Origin: an uncultured Pirellulaceae bacterium
GTDB taxonomy: Bacteria; Planctomycetota; Planctomycetia; Pirellulales; Pirellulaceae
Assembly (NCBI GenBank): GCA_947258905.1
Contig: CAMYKF010000406.1
Span: 1 to 54,923, forward strand
Reading direction: 5' to 3'
Length of the DNA stretch: 54,923 bases
Shown: positions 7,670 through 17,288 of the stretch, in pieces
Layout: each line of letters starts with the position of its first letter
How positions within the stretch are numbered: the first letter of the stretch is position 1
The notes under the pieces: model-generated
The model's database searches: none
What the model was told of the DNA's origin: nothing
The model's input: only the letters and a program-made list of their open reading frames with translations
Position numbers and translations under genes: made by a program

Positions 7670-9022
7670 TCACTTGCAATACTCGTCGGCGATGGAAATG
7701 GCCTGGGAGATGATATCGAGGCCCTCGTCGATTTGCGATTCGGTAATGTTCAGTGGCGGGGCTACAAAGATCCAGTTCCAACGGACGAAGGTGAACATGC
7801 CCAGCTCGCGAATCCGGGCGGCCATGCGATTGGTTGGTTCCATTTGGTCGGGCGCGGCATTCCACGGCGTGGTTGGCTCTTTGGTTTCGCGGTTTTTGAC
7901 CAGTTCAAAACACCCCAGCAATCCGGTATTGCGAAAATCACCGATGGACGGGTGTTTCTCTTTCATCGATTCCACGCGACCTTCGAGATACCGGCCCATG
8001 CGGGCAGCGTTTTCCACCAGCCCTTCATCCTCATAGACCTCGATCGTGGCCAGTGCCGCGGCACAGCAAACCGCATGCGCCGAATAGGTCAGGCCCAGTG
8101 GCAAAGCCTGTTCGTCAAATCGCCGGGCGATATCTGCGGACACGACCAGTCCACCGAGTGGCAGGTAACCGGCTGTCAGTCCCTTGGCGATGCACATCAT
8201 GTCAGGCTGCACACCATGATGTTCGACAGCGAACATCTTGCCCGTGCGACCAAACCCACTCATGACTTCATCATCGATCAACAGGATGCCGTACTTGTCG
8301 CATATCTCCCGTACCAGTTTCCAGTAATTCGGCGGGTACTTGATGCAGCCCGACGAGCCGTTTTCGCCTTCGATCAAAATCGCCGCAACGTTATTCGGGT
8401 TTTCAAACTTGACGACACGTTCCAGTGCATTGGCGGCGTTGACACCGCACTCCTCAATCGTGCTGCTATTCCAGGGGCAGCGGTAAAAGTAGGGATTTTC
8501 AACGTGGATATGATTGGGCACCGGCTGGCTATCCATGCCGAAGCGACGGGGATCGCCGCCAGCCGACATGGCGCCATAGGTTCCACCGTGGTAGGAACGA
8601 TACAGCGAGATCACCTTGGCGCGACCGGTACAGGCGCGGGCCAGTTTGATTGAGTTTTCAACTGCTTCGGCGCCGCCCAGGGTAAAGAAGGTCTTTGCCA
8701 GGTTCGGTGGCGTGATCCCGGCCAGTTTTCTGCCAAGGTTGGCGCGGGATTCCGTGGCCATCCCCGGATACACGTAACTCAGCTCGTCCATCTGTCGCAG
8801 TACGGCTTCCTTGACCCTGGCGTGGCCGTGACCAATGTTCACGTTCATCAATTGCGACGAAAAGTCGATGTAGCGCTTGCCGTCCCGGTCATAGATGTAC
8901 ACGCCCTCGGCGCGGTGAGCGTTGATGGGATTCAGTCCGCCCTGTTTGCACCAGGAGAACAGGGTGTGCTCCAGACAGTCGCGGACGATTTGCTGCTGGC
9001 CTGCTTCGACGTTGGTACTCAT
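7670..9022 (-). CDS. class-III PLP aminotransferase, probable beta-alanine:pyruvate (omega-amino acid) transaminase
   Basis: LLIDDEVMSGFGRTG and CIAKGLTAGYLPLG (Schiff-base Lys context). Lies with mmsA and the pyd genes. Confidence 0.85.
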   Translation of the reverse strand: MSTNVEAGQQQIVRDCLEHTLFSWCKQGGLNPINAHRAEGVYIYDRDGKRYIDFSSQLMNVNIGHGHARVKEAVLRQMDELSYVYPGMATESRANLGRKLAGITPPNLAKTFFTLGGAEAVENSIKLARACTGRAKVISLYRSYHGGTYGAMSAGGDPRRFGMDSQPVPNHIHVENPYFYRCPWNSSTIEECGVNAANALERVVKFENPNNVAAILIEGENGSSGCIKYPPNYWKLVREICDKYGILLIDDEVMSGFGRTGKMFAVEHHGVQPDMMCIAKGLTAGYLPLGGLVVSADIARRFDEQALPLGLTYSAHAVCCAAALATIEVYEDEGLVENAARMGRYLEGRVESMKEKHPSIGDFRNTGLLGCFELVKNRETKEPTTPWNAAPDQMEPTNRMAARIRELGMFTFVRWNWIFVAPPLNITESQIDEGLDIISQAISIADEYCK

Positions 9023-9057
9023 GTGTCTGTTCGGGGGTGGATTGAGTCAATATGCAG

Positions 9058-9304
9058 GACGGGTCGGGTAACCCGCCCACAACGCGTGGAGACCTGCCCA
9101 CAACGCGGATGAATCAACGGTGTCAGGTGCCCATCAATGTACCACATGCCACGCAGAGGCAAGAAACACAGCAGTGACGATTGCAGCTGTTTGGGGACCA
9201 ACCAGTTTGAAAGCTTGGAGGGTGGGACGGGTCGGAAGACCCGCCCACAACGCGAGGTTGAGAGCCTTCGATAACGTGAGCCTACAACGTGAGCCCAAAA
9301 CGCC
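9058..9304 (+). repeat. Cluster of five CCCACAACG-type repeat units (two full-length GACGGGTCGGnAnnCCCGCCCACAACGCG copies plus three half units)
   Basis: Full copies at 9058-9086 and 9226-9254. Half units at 9088-9107 (GAGACCTGCCCACAACGCG), 9276-9291 (GTGAGCCTACAACGTG) and 9291-9304 (GAGCCCAAAACGCC). Confidence 0.8.
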
Positions 9305-9328
9305 AGGATATAGCGGGATTCCTCCGCG

Positions 9329-10786
9329 TCAAAAATCAACGACTTCAATCTCTTGCTCGTTGACCTGGACTTCGTCCGACTCGGCAGCCTGGATGGCGGC
9401 GTCAATTTGAGCCTGCTCGGATTCCGGCAGCTGATCGTAAAGCTTTTCGTAGTACAATCGCGCCCACAAGTCACGCGGCTGGTCGGTCGGCGATGCCAAA
9501 GTCAGGCGGAAGAACGGGGGACCGGGCAACACCTTGAAACGGGCCTCGATTTCGTGGCCGTCCAGCTGGCCATAGGCCATCGCAAATTGCGGCTGCATTT
9601 CAAATTCGCCCGGACCATGCCTGATCTCGGTTGGCTGCAATTCAAAACGCGTTTCACCCAGCATGAACCAGCCGCCTGGCTGAATTGAAATCTTGTTGAC
9701 CCGGCGATTGGTGATCCGCCGCTTGCCGGTCGACTTCTTGTCGCCTTCAGCTTCAGCTTCGGGCTCGGACTCAAACTCGGGGTCCGGCTCCACCGGATCA
9801 ACCCGCACTTCCACATGCCAGTCCCGCGGTGCCAGTTCGGAAGCCAACGCGAAATATTCACCCGGCGAGAAACCATCGAATTGGTACACCCGCGGTGCAC
9901 CCATGGGCTCGGAAATCCGGACCTGTCCGTCCAGGAATTCGATGTGGCTGCGCATTTTCCGGGGTTCTGGAAAGGCAATATCCAGCGAGAAAGGCAGCGG
10001 TGCGATCAGTGATTTGTGCATCGGTGGTTTCAGCGTTCCGGTCAGATTCAGTGCCGGGGGAGGTTCGTCCGCGAACAACTCGGATGGTTTTGACGTTACA
10101 TCCAGTTGATCACTGATTACCTCCAGTTCGCCCAGCCGTGTAATCTGGCCTTTCAGCATCTGAAAGTCACTGAAGCGAAACTTGTCAAAGCGAAGTGTCG
10201 TATCGGTCTCCGGATTTATGATCTTGATGTCCTTGGCGCTGACCAGATCGATCCGCAATTCCTTCAGATCACTCAAATCCTCGTCCTGGATATCGCGCTT
10301 GATGTCTTCCCATTCCTCGGCAAATTCCTCGGCGATTTCCTCGCCATCGATCGGGCCGAGGTCGACATTACCTGACTCGTCAAACTCTGCATAAATCGTG
10401 GCTCCGGCGATCGATACCTCTTCGATGATCAGCCGACTATGCCGCGTCAGATCGAAAAAGCCATTGAATTTGAACTTGATGCCTCGCAACTCGTTCCACG
10501 GCAGTCCCTCATCGGATTCGAATTCAAGTTTTTCGATTTCAAAGCCCGACGCAATCGATCCCTTCAGACCCTCAACCCGGACCGTGCCATCGGCTTCCAG
10601 GGCCCGCTCGATGAGGGTCAAAGGCAGTGAAGTGTGCATGGTCAGGTAATAACTGCCAATGCACATGACCAGAAGTAACGCAAAGATGATTCCGCAGCCC
10701 GTGAGAAAGCAACCGCACCCCGAACCATGACGAGTGGTTTGCTGAAAGCTCTCAATGCCGGCTGTGGTTTTTTCGGTGATGCCCAT
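9329..10786 (-). CDS. hypothetical membrane-anchored acidic protein
   Basis: 485-codon ORF with one N-terminal TM segment (FLTGCGIIFALLLVMCIGSYYL). No catalytic motif recognised. Confidence 0.7.
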   Translation of the reverse strand: MGITEKTTAGIESFQQTTRHGSGCGCFLTGCGIIFALLLVMCIGSYYLTMHTSLPLTLIERALEADGTVRVEGLKGSIASGFEIEKLEFESDEGLPWNELRGIKFKFNGFFDLTRHSRLIIEEVSIAGATIYAEFDESGNVDLGPIDGEEIAEEFAEEWEDIKRDIQDEDLSDLKELRIDLVSAKDIKIINPETDTTLRFDKFRFSDFQMLKGQITRLGELEVISDQLDVTSKPSELFADEPPPALNLTGTLKPPMHKSLIAPLPFSLDIAFPEPRKMRSHIEFLDGQVRISEPMGAPRVYQFDGFSPGEYFALASELAPRDWHVEVRVDPVEPDPEFESEPEAEAEGDKKSTGKRRITNRRVNKISIQPGGWFMLGETRFELQPTEIRHGPGEFEMQPQFAMAYGQLDGHEIEARFKVLPGPPFFRLTLASPTDQPRDLWARLYYEKLYDQLPESEQAQIDAAIQAAESDEVQVNEQEIEVVDF

Positions 10787-11065
10787 AAATCGTCCGCCAC
10801 GCCCCGAGATGTCTCAAAGACCCTATTCGATGCGATTTTCGAATGCTTGGCTATCCAATCGCGGAATTTGGCAAAATGGAGAACAATTCCCTGGCCCTGT
10901 TCGCTCCCCGCTCGGCTGGCTGGTGCTGGACCGGGACGAAGACGCAGAGAAGACTAGCACGAGACGAAGACGAAGACGAGGACGAGGAGGGATCGACCAA
11001 CGAGGGGCAGGCCTCCAGCCTGTCATCCGGTTTTACCGACAGACTGGAATCCTGACCCACGCAAT

Positions 11066-14000
11066 TTACCGTTCGCCAAAGGCGGGATGCTCGCGGTCGC
11101 CGGCGGCTTCGACGTATATTAGCAGATCGAGAATCTCTTGCTTGCTGCACGTATTCAGCACGCCTTGCGGCATCATCGAGATTTTGGACTTCATCTCGTC
11201 CTCAATGTCATCAATGAGGATCGTGACCGGCTTTTCGTTATCCAGCGGATTGGCCAGAATGCGAATCTCGGTGTCCGAGCGCTCAGCGACGACTCCAGTG
11301 TGCAAACGCCCGTCGATGTCCTGAATAATCCACGAGACGTAACGCTCCTCGATGTCGGCCGACGGATCAATCAGGCTTTTCAGCAAACCCTCGCGATCGA
11401 GATTCCCCGTGCTGAGCTTTTGCTGCAGATCCACCAGGTTGGGTCCAACGTCGCCGCCTTCGCTGTCACCCATCTTGTGACACTGGGCGCAGGACAGTTC
11501 GGTGAACAACGCGCGGCCACGCTCCCACGAACGGGCCTGGTCGGCTTCGTCCAGATCCTTTAGCAAATCCTGAACGGTCCATTCGCGGACGAACGGCCGC
11601 GCGGCAATTTCCGAGTCGACGGTCGGCACCAGAGCTTCCACCGGCGCATTGTCCAAATCCTCGATGACATGCATCGTTCCGTACATACGACGCCAGTGGC
11701 CCGGATAGGTGCAGACATACGGATACTCGCCCGGTTTGTCCGGTGCCACCAGGTCCATTCGCTGCAGCTGTCCCGGCTGTAGCAGTTTCGACGCGTGCAT
11801 GACTTCCGGCATGTTCGGCACGTAGCCACGCTTCAGGGCATCGGGTTCGGTCGCCATCAACTCGGCGGCGATACCGACTTTGGCATAGGCCCCGGGCCGC
11901 GTGATCACGATGTTGTGTGGCATGATGTCGGTGTTGTCAAAAATCAGCTGGAACGGCTTGCCTGCCTCAACAAAGAAGTGGCTGCGGTCGTATTGCATGC
12001 GATGCCGAATGGGCCGCAGCACGATCACATTGATGCCCAGATCATTGAGGGTGGAGCGAGCCTGTTTGGCCTGGTCACCGGGCAACGCAGTCGCCAGTTT
12101 CTTGCCTAGCGAGATTTCGTCCACTACATGCGGTTCCGTTCTCTCGGCGGCGGGCAAGGCACTGACGGTGGAAATAATGTTGTCGACGAGCGGACGAATG
12201 GCCTGGTCCTGCCAGCTGCGACGGGGCAGACGCGCCATGCCGCGAACGGCTGCCGCGCGGGATTGGTTGTCGAGGATAAATTTGGCAAAGGCTTCAAACG
12301 TCGCCTGTTCACCTGACAGCAAGTGCACTGCCGCGTTGATCGTCGCTTCGCGAATGGCACCCCGTGGATCTCCCTCCAGCGGAATGGTTACGCTGGAATC
12401 AGGCGCACCAATGTCGGTTTGCTCGAACACGACATTTCGGTCGGCGTCCAGAATCTTGATCGTGAAGCCATCCAGACGCTTGCCCATATCGTTGTTTTCG
12501 TTGCGATTCCATACGACGATGGCATCCAGACCATGGCTGGTTCCCAAATCGAGTTCCCACCAGGGATTGGGCTGGTTTTCCCGGGTGTGGGTCTGGCCAC
12601 GATCACTGAATATGGGACTTTTGTTGCCATCCATCGCCAATTCCGGTTTCCCGCCGTGATTGGTGGACGACTGGGTGGCGGTCCCGGACGGCGCAACATT
12701 GCGGCCGCCAGACATGACTTCGACTTCGGCCAGCGTCAACGTGCGTCTGGCACCGGGCAACTCGATACGAACGTATCGGCCGTTGGTAACTTTGGCACTG
12801 TCGATTTGCTGTTCCATTTCCATGGGCAGACCTAACAGCAACTCGGCCACTTTGGGTTCCAGCTGCTTTTTGACATCCTCGTCATCGACCAGAGCGAGGG
12901 CATTTACGAAATCGCGAAATCGCTCGTTCGAGACCAGCGTCTGCTGCCACAATCGATCCGCTGATTTTTCGGCGGCGATCAGCGTGGCATAGGCGACCTG
13001 GCGGGTATTCTCGCGTCGCGCACTGGTAGCCAGTTCATCCAGCTGGTCGCGGTATTGGGAGAAATCGACTTGCGAGCCCTCACCATGAACATTTGAACCA
13101 TCACCGTGCAGAAAGATGTGCGTCAGGTCGGCCAGCACACTTTGGGCGTTCGCCGCATCGCTTTGATCCAGCCGGGCGATGGCTGTCAGCAGTTCGATAT
13201 TGGCGTCGGTGCCGTTGATTCCCGCGAGCCCTTCGGCCGCTTCGTGACGGAATTCGTGCAGGATACCTTCGCGTTTGAGCAGTTCTTCAAAGACGGTCTG
13301 ACTGCGTCGCATGCCAGTCAATTCGGCTGGCGACATGTCGGCAACGATGTAACGCAGTCCCTGCGGATTGTCATCGGCGAATGAATCGCCGGAGGCCACG
13401 TGTGGCTTCCACAGCGGAGCGTGTACACGGAGCGTTTCGGCAAGACAGTAATCGATGAACTTGTCGCGGGGATAATTCAGTACTTCCAGCGCGATTTCTG
13501 CCGCCTCGACCGATGGCAGGAAGCTCAGCGCGCGTACTGCTTCCAGTCGCACGCGCGGGAATTCGTCGTTGATCTGTTGCTGCAATAGTGGCAACGGATC
13601 GGCCACCTGATCGCGGCAATAACACAGAACTCGTGTTGCGGCGGCACGAGCTCGGGGCTCGGGTGATCGCAGCATCTGTTTCAGCAAGTCCTCGTCGACT
13701 CGATTGTGCTGCTGCGTAACCCACAGGGCTTCCAGCAGGTGGTGCTGGTATTCGGCATCGGACGGATCCAGTGCCGCCACCCACGCCTCGACAGCAGGCA
13801 ACACCTTGCCGGTCTGTCGGCCACTCAATTCCAGACGCGTGCGATAGCGCACCCGGGTGACGGGCGACTTCAATTGATCAAGCAACTGGTCTTCGCTGAG
13901 TTGCGTCAGATCGGTCGGCGTCGATAGCTCCCCTTCCTTCCAGGTGACCCGGTAGACCCGGCCATGCGTCTTGTCGCGATTGGGATCGCGCAAGTTGTGT

Positions 14001-16084
14001 TGCATGTGGCCGATGATGGGGTTCTGCCAGTCCACAAAGTAGATGGCTCCATCGGGTCCCATCTCGATATCAACCGGACGGAAATTCGGATCGGTTGAAC
14101 TGAGAATCGGGGTGACTTCGGTTGCGGAGAATCCGGAATCGTCTTCATGCACTTCGTAATGCAACAGGCCCTGGAATCCGATCACGTTGGCGATCAGGTA
14201 ATTGCCCTGGAACGGTTCCGGGAAGTGTGCGCTGGACAGCAATTCCGTGGCGCCCGATGGCCGCACCCACTGCTGAAAAAAGGGGAAGTAATTGCGGTGC
14301 TTGTCGGGATAGTTGACATGTCCCGAGAAGGGTGCCGCATAGTAATTCACGTTGCCCGTGCCGTCGGTGACAAAGTCCTGACCCCAGTGGTCAAACACGT
14401 GACCGTGCGGATTGGCAAAGGGATAGGAGACGTAGGCCTCGATTTTGCTGGTCCGCGGTTCGAAACGAAACACCCCGGCGTTGACCAGTCGCAACGGCGG
14501 ACCCCACGGCGATTCGATTTGCGAGTGGTGAAAGGTGCCTTCCTGAAAGTAAATCGCGCCATCGGGCCCATACGTAAAACTGTTGGCCGTGTGGTGCGTG
14601 TCGGCCGAATCAATTCCATGCAACACTCGCATGCGCAGATCAGCGACATCGTCTCCGTCGGTGTCTTTCAGGAACCAGATGTCCGGTGCCTGGGCCACCA
14701 GCACGCCGCCGTTCCAGAATTCGAAACCAGTCGGGTTGTGCAACTTGTCAGCAAACACCGTCATGTCGTCGGCGCGGCCGTCTCCATCGGTATCCTTGAA
14801 GATCAACAGCTTGTCGTTCATCTGCTCGACGATCGGCTGCCAGTGCGGATAGGTGGGCCATACGGCGACCCACAAACGGCCATTGGGGTCGAATGACATC
14901 TGCACGGGGCTGGCAAGTTCGGGAAACTGTTCTTCGGAAGCGAACAAGTTGACCTGCATGCCTTCGTGCACGGTCATCTTGTCGATTGCTTCTTCACCTG
15001 ACAGGAACAGGTGTGCGCCGTTGGGTCCTTCGCCTGGCTTGTTACTGATCACGGGAATCAAGGGTGGATGTCCGCTGTCGTCGACGGTGAATTCGTTGCC
15101 GGAGGCGATGGCCTGGATCTTCTTGTCTCGCTCGGCGGTCATATAGTCGAGGACTTCCAGTTCCCTCTGAACCACTTCGCGATTGGTTTGCCCGTCAGTG
15201 AATTTCAGATCAGCCCGCCCGCCATAGGTCGAGAAGCCGTCGGTGGTGCGATAGCGGTGGAACCAGTGCCAGTTCTTGTCGATGACCGCAGACCGCAAAT
15301 CCTTGTTAATCTCCGGAGCATCGTCCCGCCGGCCGAATAACTCAGCATCGATTTCCAATGCCACAGCCATGTTGCCCAGTTCATTCAGGTGAACACCGTT
15401 GATCGTGTGCTGCGTGTCGTCCTTGCCAATGTTGAAAACCAGGCTCGTGGGAGCCAGCAAATCAACAAACAACACGCTGTTGTCCCGAGCGACTTCCTGC
15501 ATGGCCTGCGTGTAGGACCACAAATGTTCTTCGTGTCCTCGTCCGTCAGGCACATTCTGATTGACCGTTTCCAGGCCCCCGACGGCCCCTTCCATTACGG
15601 CACTCTTTTCGTTGAGATTCTCTCGCGCAGTGGGCGAAAACAGCACGAGCGTGGGAGCTGATTCCCCGTTGTATGTCTGTTCCAGAGTGTGTTTGACGAA
15701 GTCGTCGAGTTCCCGCCTGAATTGCGGCAGTCCTTCTTCGCCAGCAAACGATTCGTTGTATCCAAAGAATGCAAATACCACGTCCGCCTCGCAACGGGCC
15801 AGCCACTGGTCCGGCGTACCAAAATCCTTGCTGCGCAATCGTGTGCTCAGCGTATCAGCCGAGAATCCGAGGTTGCGAAACGTCAATTGACGATCCGGGA
15901 ACCGCTGCTGAATCGTTGCTTCCAGCCAGCCGTCATGTTGCATGCGCTCGGCCAGCGTATTGCCAACGATGCAAATCGTGTCGCCCTGCTTGAGTTCCAG
16001 TTTCGGTTCCTGGGCTGCACCAGGAACCGGGGTTAGCATGACAATGGCAGCGGTCATCAGAATGGCCAGCGAATCGCGGATCAT
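11066..16084 (-). CDS. giant exported multidomain protein: SGNH-like (degenerate) / beta-propeller dehydrogenase-like / HEAT repeats / discoidin (F5/8 type C) / azurin-like cupredoxin / cytochrome c
   Basis: Signal peptide follows ATG 16084 (MIRDSLAILMTAAIVMLTPVPGAAQ). Type-1 Cu ligand pattern PHNIV...CTYPGHWRRMYG. CAQCH heme-c motif near the C-terminus. Discoidin-like NVAPSGTATQSS...WWELDLG. The track start at 16249 is rejected. Confidence 0.85.
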   Translation of the reverse strand: MIRDSLAILMTAAIVMLTPVPGAAQEPKLELKQGDTICIVGNTLAERMQHDGWLEATIQQRFPDRQLTFRNLGFSADTLSTRLRSKDFGTPDQWLARCEADVVFAFFGYNESFAGEEGLPQFRRELDDFVKHTLEQTYNGESAPTLVLFSPTARENLNEKSAVMEGAVGGLETVNQNVPDGRGHEEHLWSYTQAMQEVARDNSVLFVDLLAPTSLVFNIGKDDTQHTINGVHLNELGNMAVALEIDAELFGRRDDAPEINKDLRSAVIDKNWHWFHRYRTTDGFSTYGGRADLKFTDGQTNREVVQRELEVLDYMTAERDKKIQAIASGNEFTVDDSGHPPLIPVISNKPGEGPNGAHLFLSGEEAIDKMTVHEGMQVNLFASEEQFPELASPVQMSFDPNGRLWVAVWPTYPHWQPIVEQMNDKLLIFKDTDGDGRADDMTVFADKLHNPTGFEFWNGGVLVAQAPDIWFLKDTDGDDVADLRMRVLHGIDSADTHHTANSFTYGPDGAIYFQEGTFHHSQIESPWGPPLRLVNAGVFRFEPRTSKIEAYVSYPFANPHGHVFDHWGQDFVTDGTGNVNYYAAPFSGHVNYPDKHRNYFPFFQQWVRPSGATELLSSAHFPEPFQGNYLIANVIGFQGLLHYEVHEDDSGFSATEVTPILSSTDPNFRPVDIEMGPDGAIYFVDWQNPIIGHMQHNLRDPNRDKTHGRVYRVTWKEGELSTPTDLTQLSEDQLLDQLKSPVTRVRYRTRLELSGRQTGKVLPAVEAWVAALDPSDAEYQHHLLEALWVTQQHNRVDEDLLKQMLRSPEPRARAAATRVLCYCRDQVADPLPLLQQQINDEFPRVRLEAVRALSFLPSVEAAEIALEVLNYPRDKFIDYCLAETLRVHAPLWKPHVASGDSFADDNPQGLRYIVADMSPAELTGMRRSQTVFEELLKREGILHEFRHEAAEGLAGINGTDANIELLTAIARLDQSDAANAQSVLADLTHIFLHGDGSNVHGEGSQVDFSQYRDQLDELATSARRENTRQVAYATLIAAEKSADRLWQQTLVSNERFRDFVNALALVDDEDVKKQLEPKVAELLLGLPMEMEQQIDSAKVTNGRYVRIELPGARRTLTLAEVEVMSGGRNVAPSGTATQSSTNHGGKPELAMDGNKSPIFSDRGQTHTRENQPNPWWELDLGTSHGLDAIVVWNRNENNDMGKRLDGFTIKILDADRNVVFEQTDIGAPDSSVTIPLEGDPRGAIREATINAAVHLLSGEQATFEAFAKFILDNQSRAAAVRGMARLPRRSWQDQAIRPLVDNIISTVSALPAAERTEPHVVDEISLGKKLATALPGDQAKQARSTLNDLGINVIVLRPIRHRMQYDRSHFFVEAGKPFQLIFDNTDIMPHNIVITRPGAYAKVGIAAELMATEPDALKRGYVPNMPEVMHASKLLQPGQLQRMDLVAPDKPGEYPYVCTYPGHWRRMYGTMHVIEDLDNAPVEALVPTVDSEIAARPFVREWTVQDLLKDLDEADQARSWERGRALFTELSCAQCHKMGDSEGGDVGPNLVDLQQKLSTGNLDREGLLKSLIDPSADIEERYVSWIIQDIDGRLHTGVVAERSDTEIRILANPLDNEKPVTILIDDIEDEMKSKISMMPQGVLNTCSKQEILDLLIYVEAAGDREHPAFGER

Positions 16085-16209
16085 GGAATCAAATATTTGA
16101 AATGAGGCGTGAATTGGTGAATCCTCTAGCCTAATCCACTCTGGTGATTTGTTGTAGTTGCCGCGATAGAATGAGCCGGTCGATACACCATTTTTTGGGA
16201 GTACCCGCC

Positions 16210-17178
16210 ATGCACCTGCTCGCTGTGATTTCCGTTTGTTTCCTTTCACTGTGTGCGATTCCGCGCTGTTGCCCGGCTTGGCAGGATCAGGACGAGGCCT
16301 CGGGCGTTTCGCCCCTGCAACCGGTGGAAGCTTACTCGTTTTCGGGCCAGCGCCTGCGGCGTCGTGCGTTCAGTCCGGAACGTCTGGAGAAACTGGAAGG
16401 CGATTTGAGGACGGCGATCGAGGCGTCCAATGCGGCGGGAAATGATGTCCACAAGCTGATCTGGGTGGCACGGCGGCTGGGTTATTTGTGGCGATATCAG
16501 GAAGTGATCCAGACGCTGGACGTGGCCGCCGCCAACTATCCCGACGTCCCGCATGTGTACCGCCATCGCGGACATCGCTTCATCACGACCCGGCAAATCG
16601 ATCGGGCTGTCGCCGATCTGCAACGCGCCGCCCGCCTGATCGATGGCACCGGGGATGAAGTGGAACAGGACGGCGCGCCCAATGCGGCGGGCGTCCCCAC
16701 CAGCACGCTGCACACCAACATTTACTATCACCTGGGACTGGCCCATTACCTGCGTGGCGAATACCAGCAAGCGCTGGCTGCCTACGAGAAATGCCTGGCC
16801 GCCTCAAAAAACAACGATATGAAAGTCGCCACTCTGGACTGGATGGTGATGACCCTGCGGCGACTCGATCGGTACGACGACGCAATGAAGTTGCTGGACG
16901 ACATCACGTCGGACATGGAGATCATCGAGAACACGGCTTATCACCAGCGGTTGCTGATGTACAAGGGCGAGTTGTCACCGGAGGACCTGATTCCGGTGGA
17001 GGACAGTGCCGATCGCGATCTTGATCTGGCCACCTACGGTTACGGGGTCGGCAACTGGTATCTGGCTAACGGCGATGAAGCGAAGGCCCGCGAGATCTTT
17101 GAGGAAGTCACCGGTGGTGAATACTGGGCGGCGTTCGGGTTCATCGCAGCCGAAGCGGATTTGATGCGGATGCGCTGA
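16210..17178 (+). CDS. exported TPR-like repeat protein
   Basis: ATG 16210 gives the signal peptide MHLLAVISVCFLSLCA. Helical repeat content such as YYHLGLAHYLRGEYQQALAAYEKCL. Confidence 0.75.
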   Translation: MHLLAVISVCFLSLCAIPRCCPAWQDQDEASGVSPLQPVEAYSFSGQRLRRRAFSPERLEKLEGDLRTAIEASNAAGNDVHKLIWVARRLGYLWRYQEVIQTLDVAAANYPDVPHVYRHRGHRFITTRQIDRAVADLQRAARLIDGTGDEVEQDGAPNAAGVPTSTLHTNIYYHLGLAHYLRGEYQQALAAYEKCLAASKNNDMKVATLDWMVMTLRRLDRYDDAMKLLDDITSDMEIIENTAYHQRLLMYKGELSPEDLIPVEDSADRDLDLATYGYGVGNWYLANGDEAKAREIFEEVTGGEYWAAFGFIAAEADLMRMR

Positions 17179-17180
17179 CG

Positions 17181-17285
17181 TTTGGGCGGGCTTCCAGACT
17201 GCCAGGTCGTCTGTATTCTCCATCACAGGCTGGAAGCCTGCGCCAAGTGCAACACCCGCCAGACTACAGTCTTCCGCCTCCAGCC
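17181..17285. repeat. Degenerate GGAAGCC(C/T)GC-type repeat copies forming a 9-bp inverted repeat
   Basis: GGCTTCCAG (17189-17197) pairs with CTGGAAGCC (17230-17238). GTTTGGGCGGGCTTCC is the reverse complement of a GGAAGCCCGCCCAAAC unit. Lies in a convergent gap. Confidence 0.5.
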
Positions 17286-17288
17286 TGA

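Noticed and set aside
10843-11055. 70-aa ORF with an acidic DEDEDEDEE tail across the GACGAR triplet tract (10935-10990)
   Set aside because: It has no RBS or homology signal. It is low complexity, lies in a gap between two minus-strand genes, and is opposite in orientation to both. I treat it as a low-complexity non-coding tract.
16085-16249. N-terminal extensions of track ORFs (starts at 16249, 21242, 22174, 24636, 34499, 42157, 42798, 47068, 49768, 50863)
   Set aside because: Internal ATGs give canonical signal peptides or family N-termini. The extensions run through intergenic repeats or overlap neighbouring genes.
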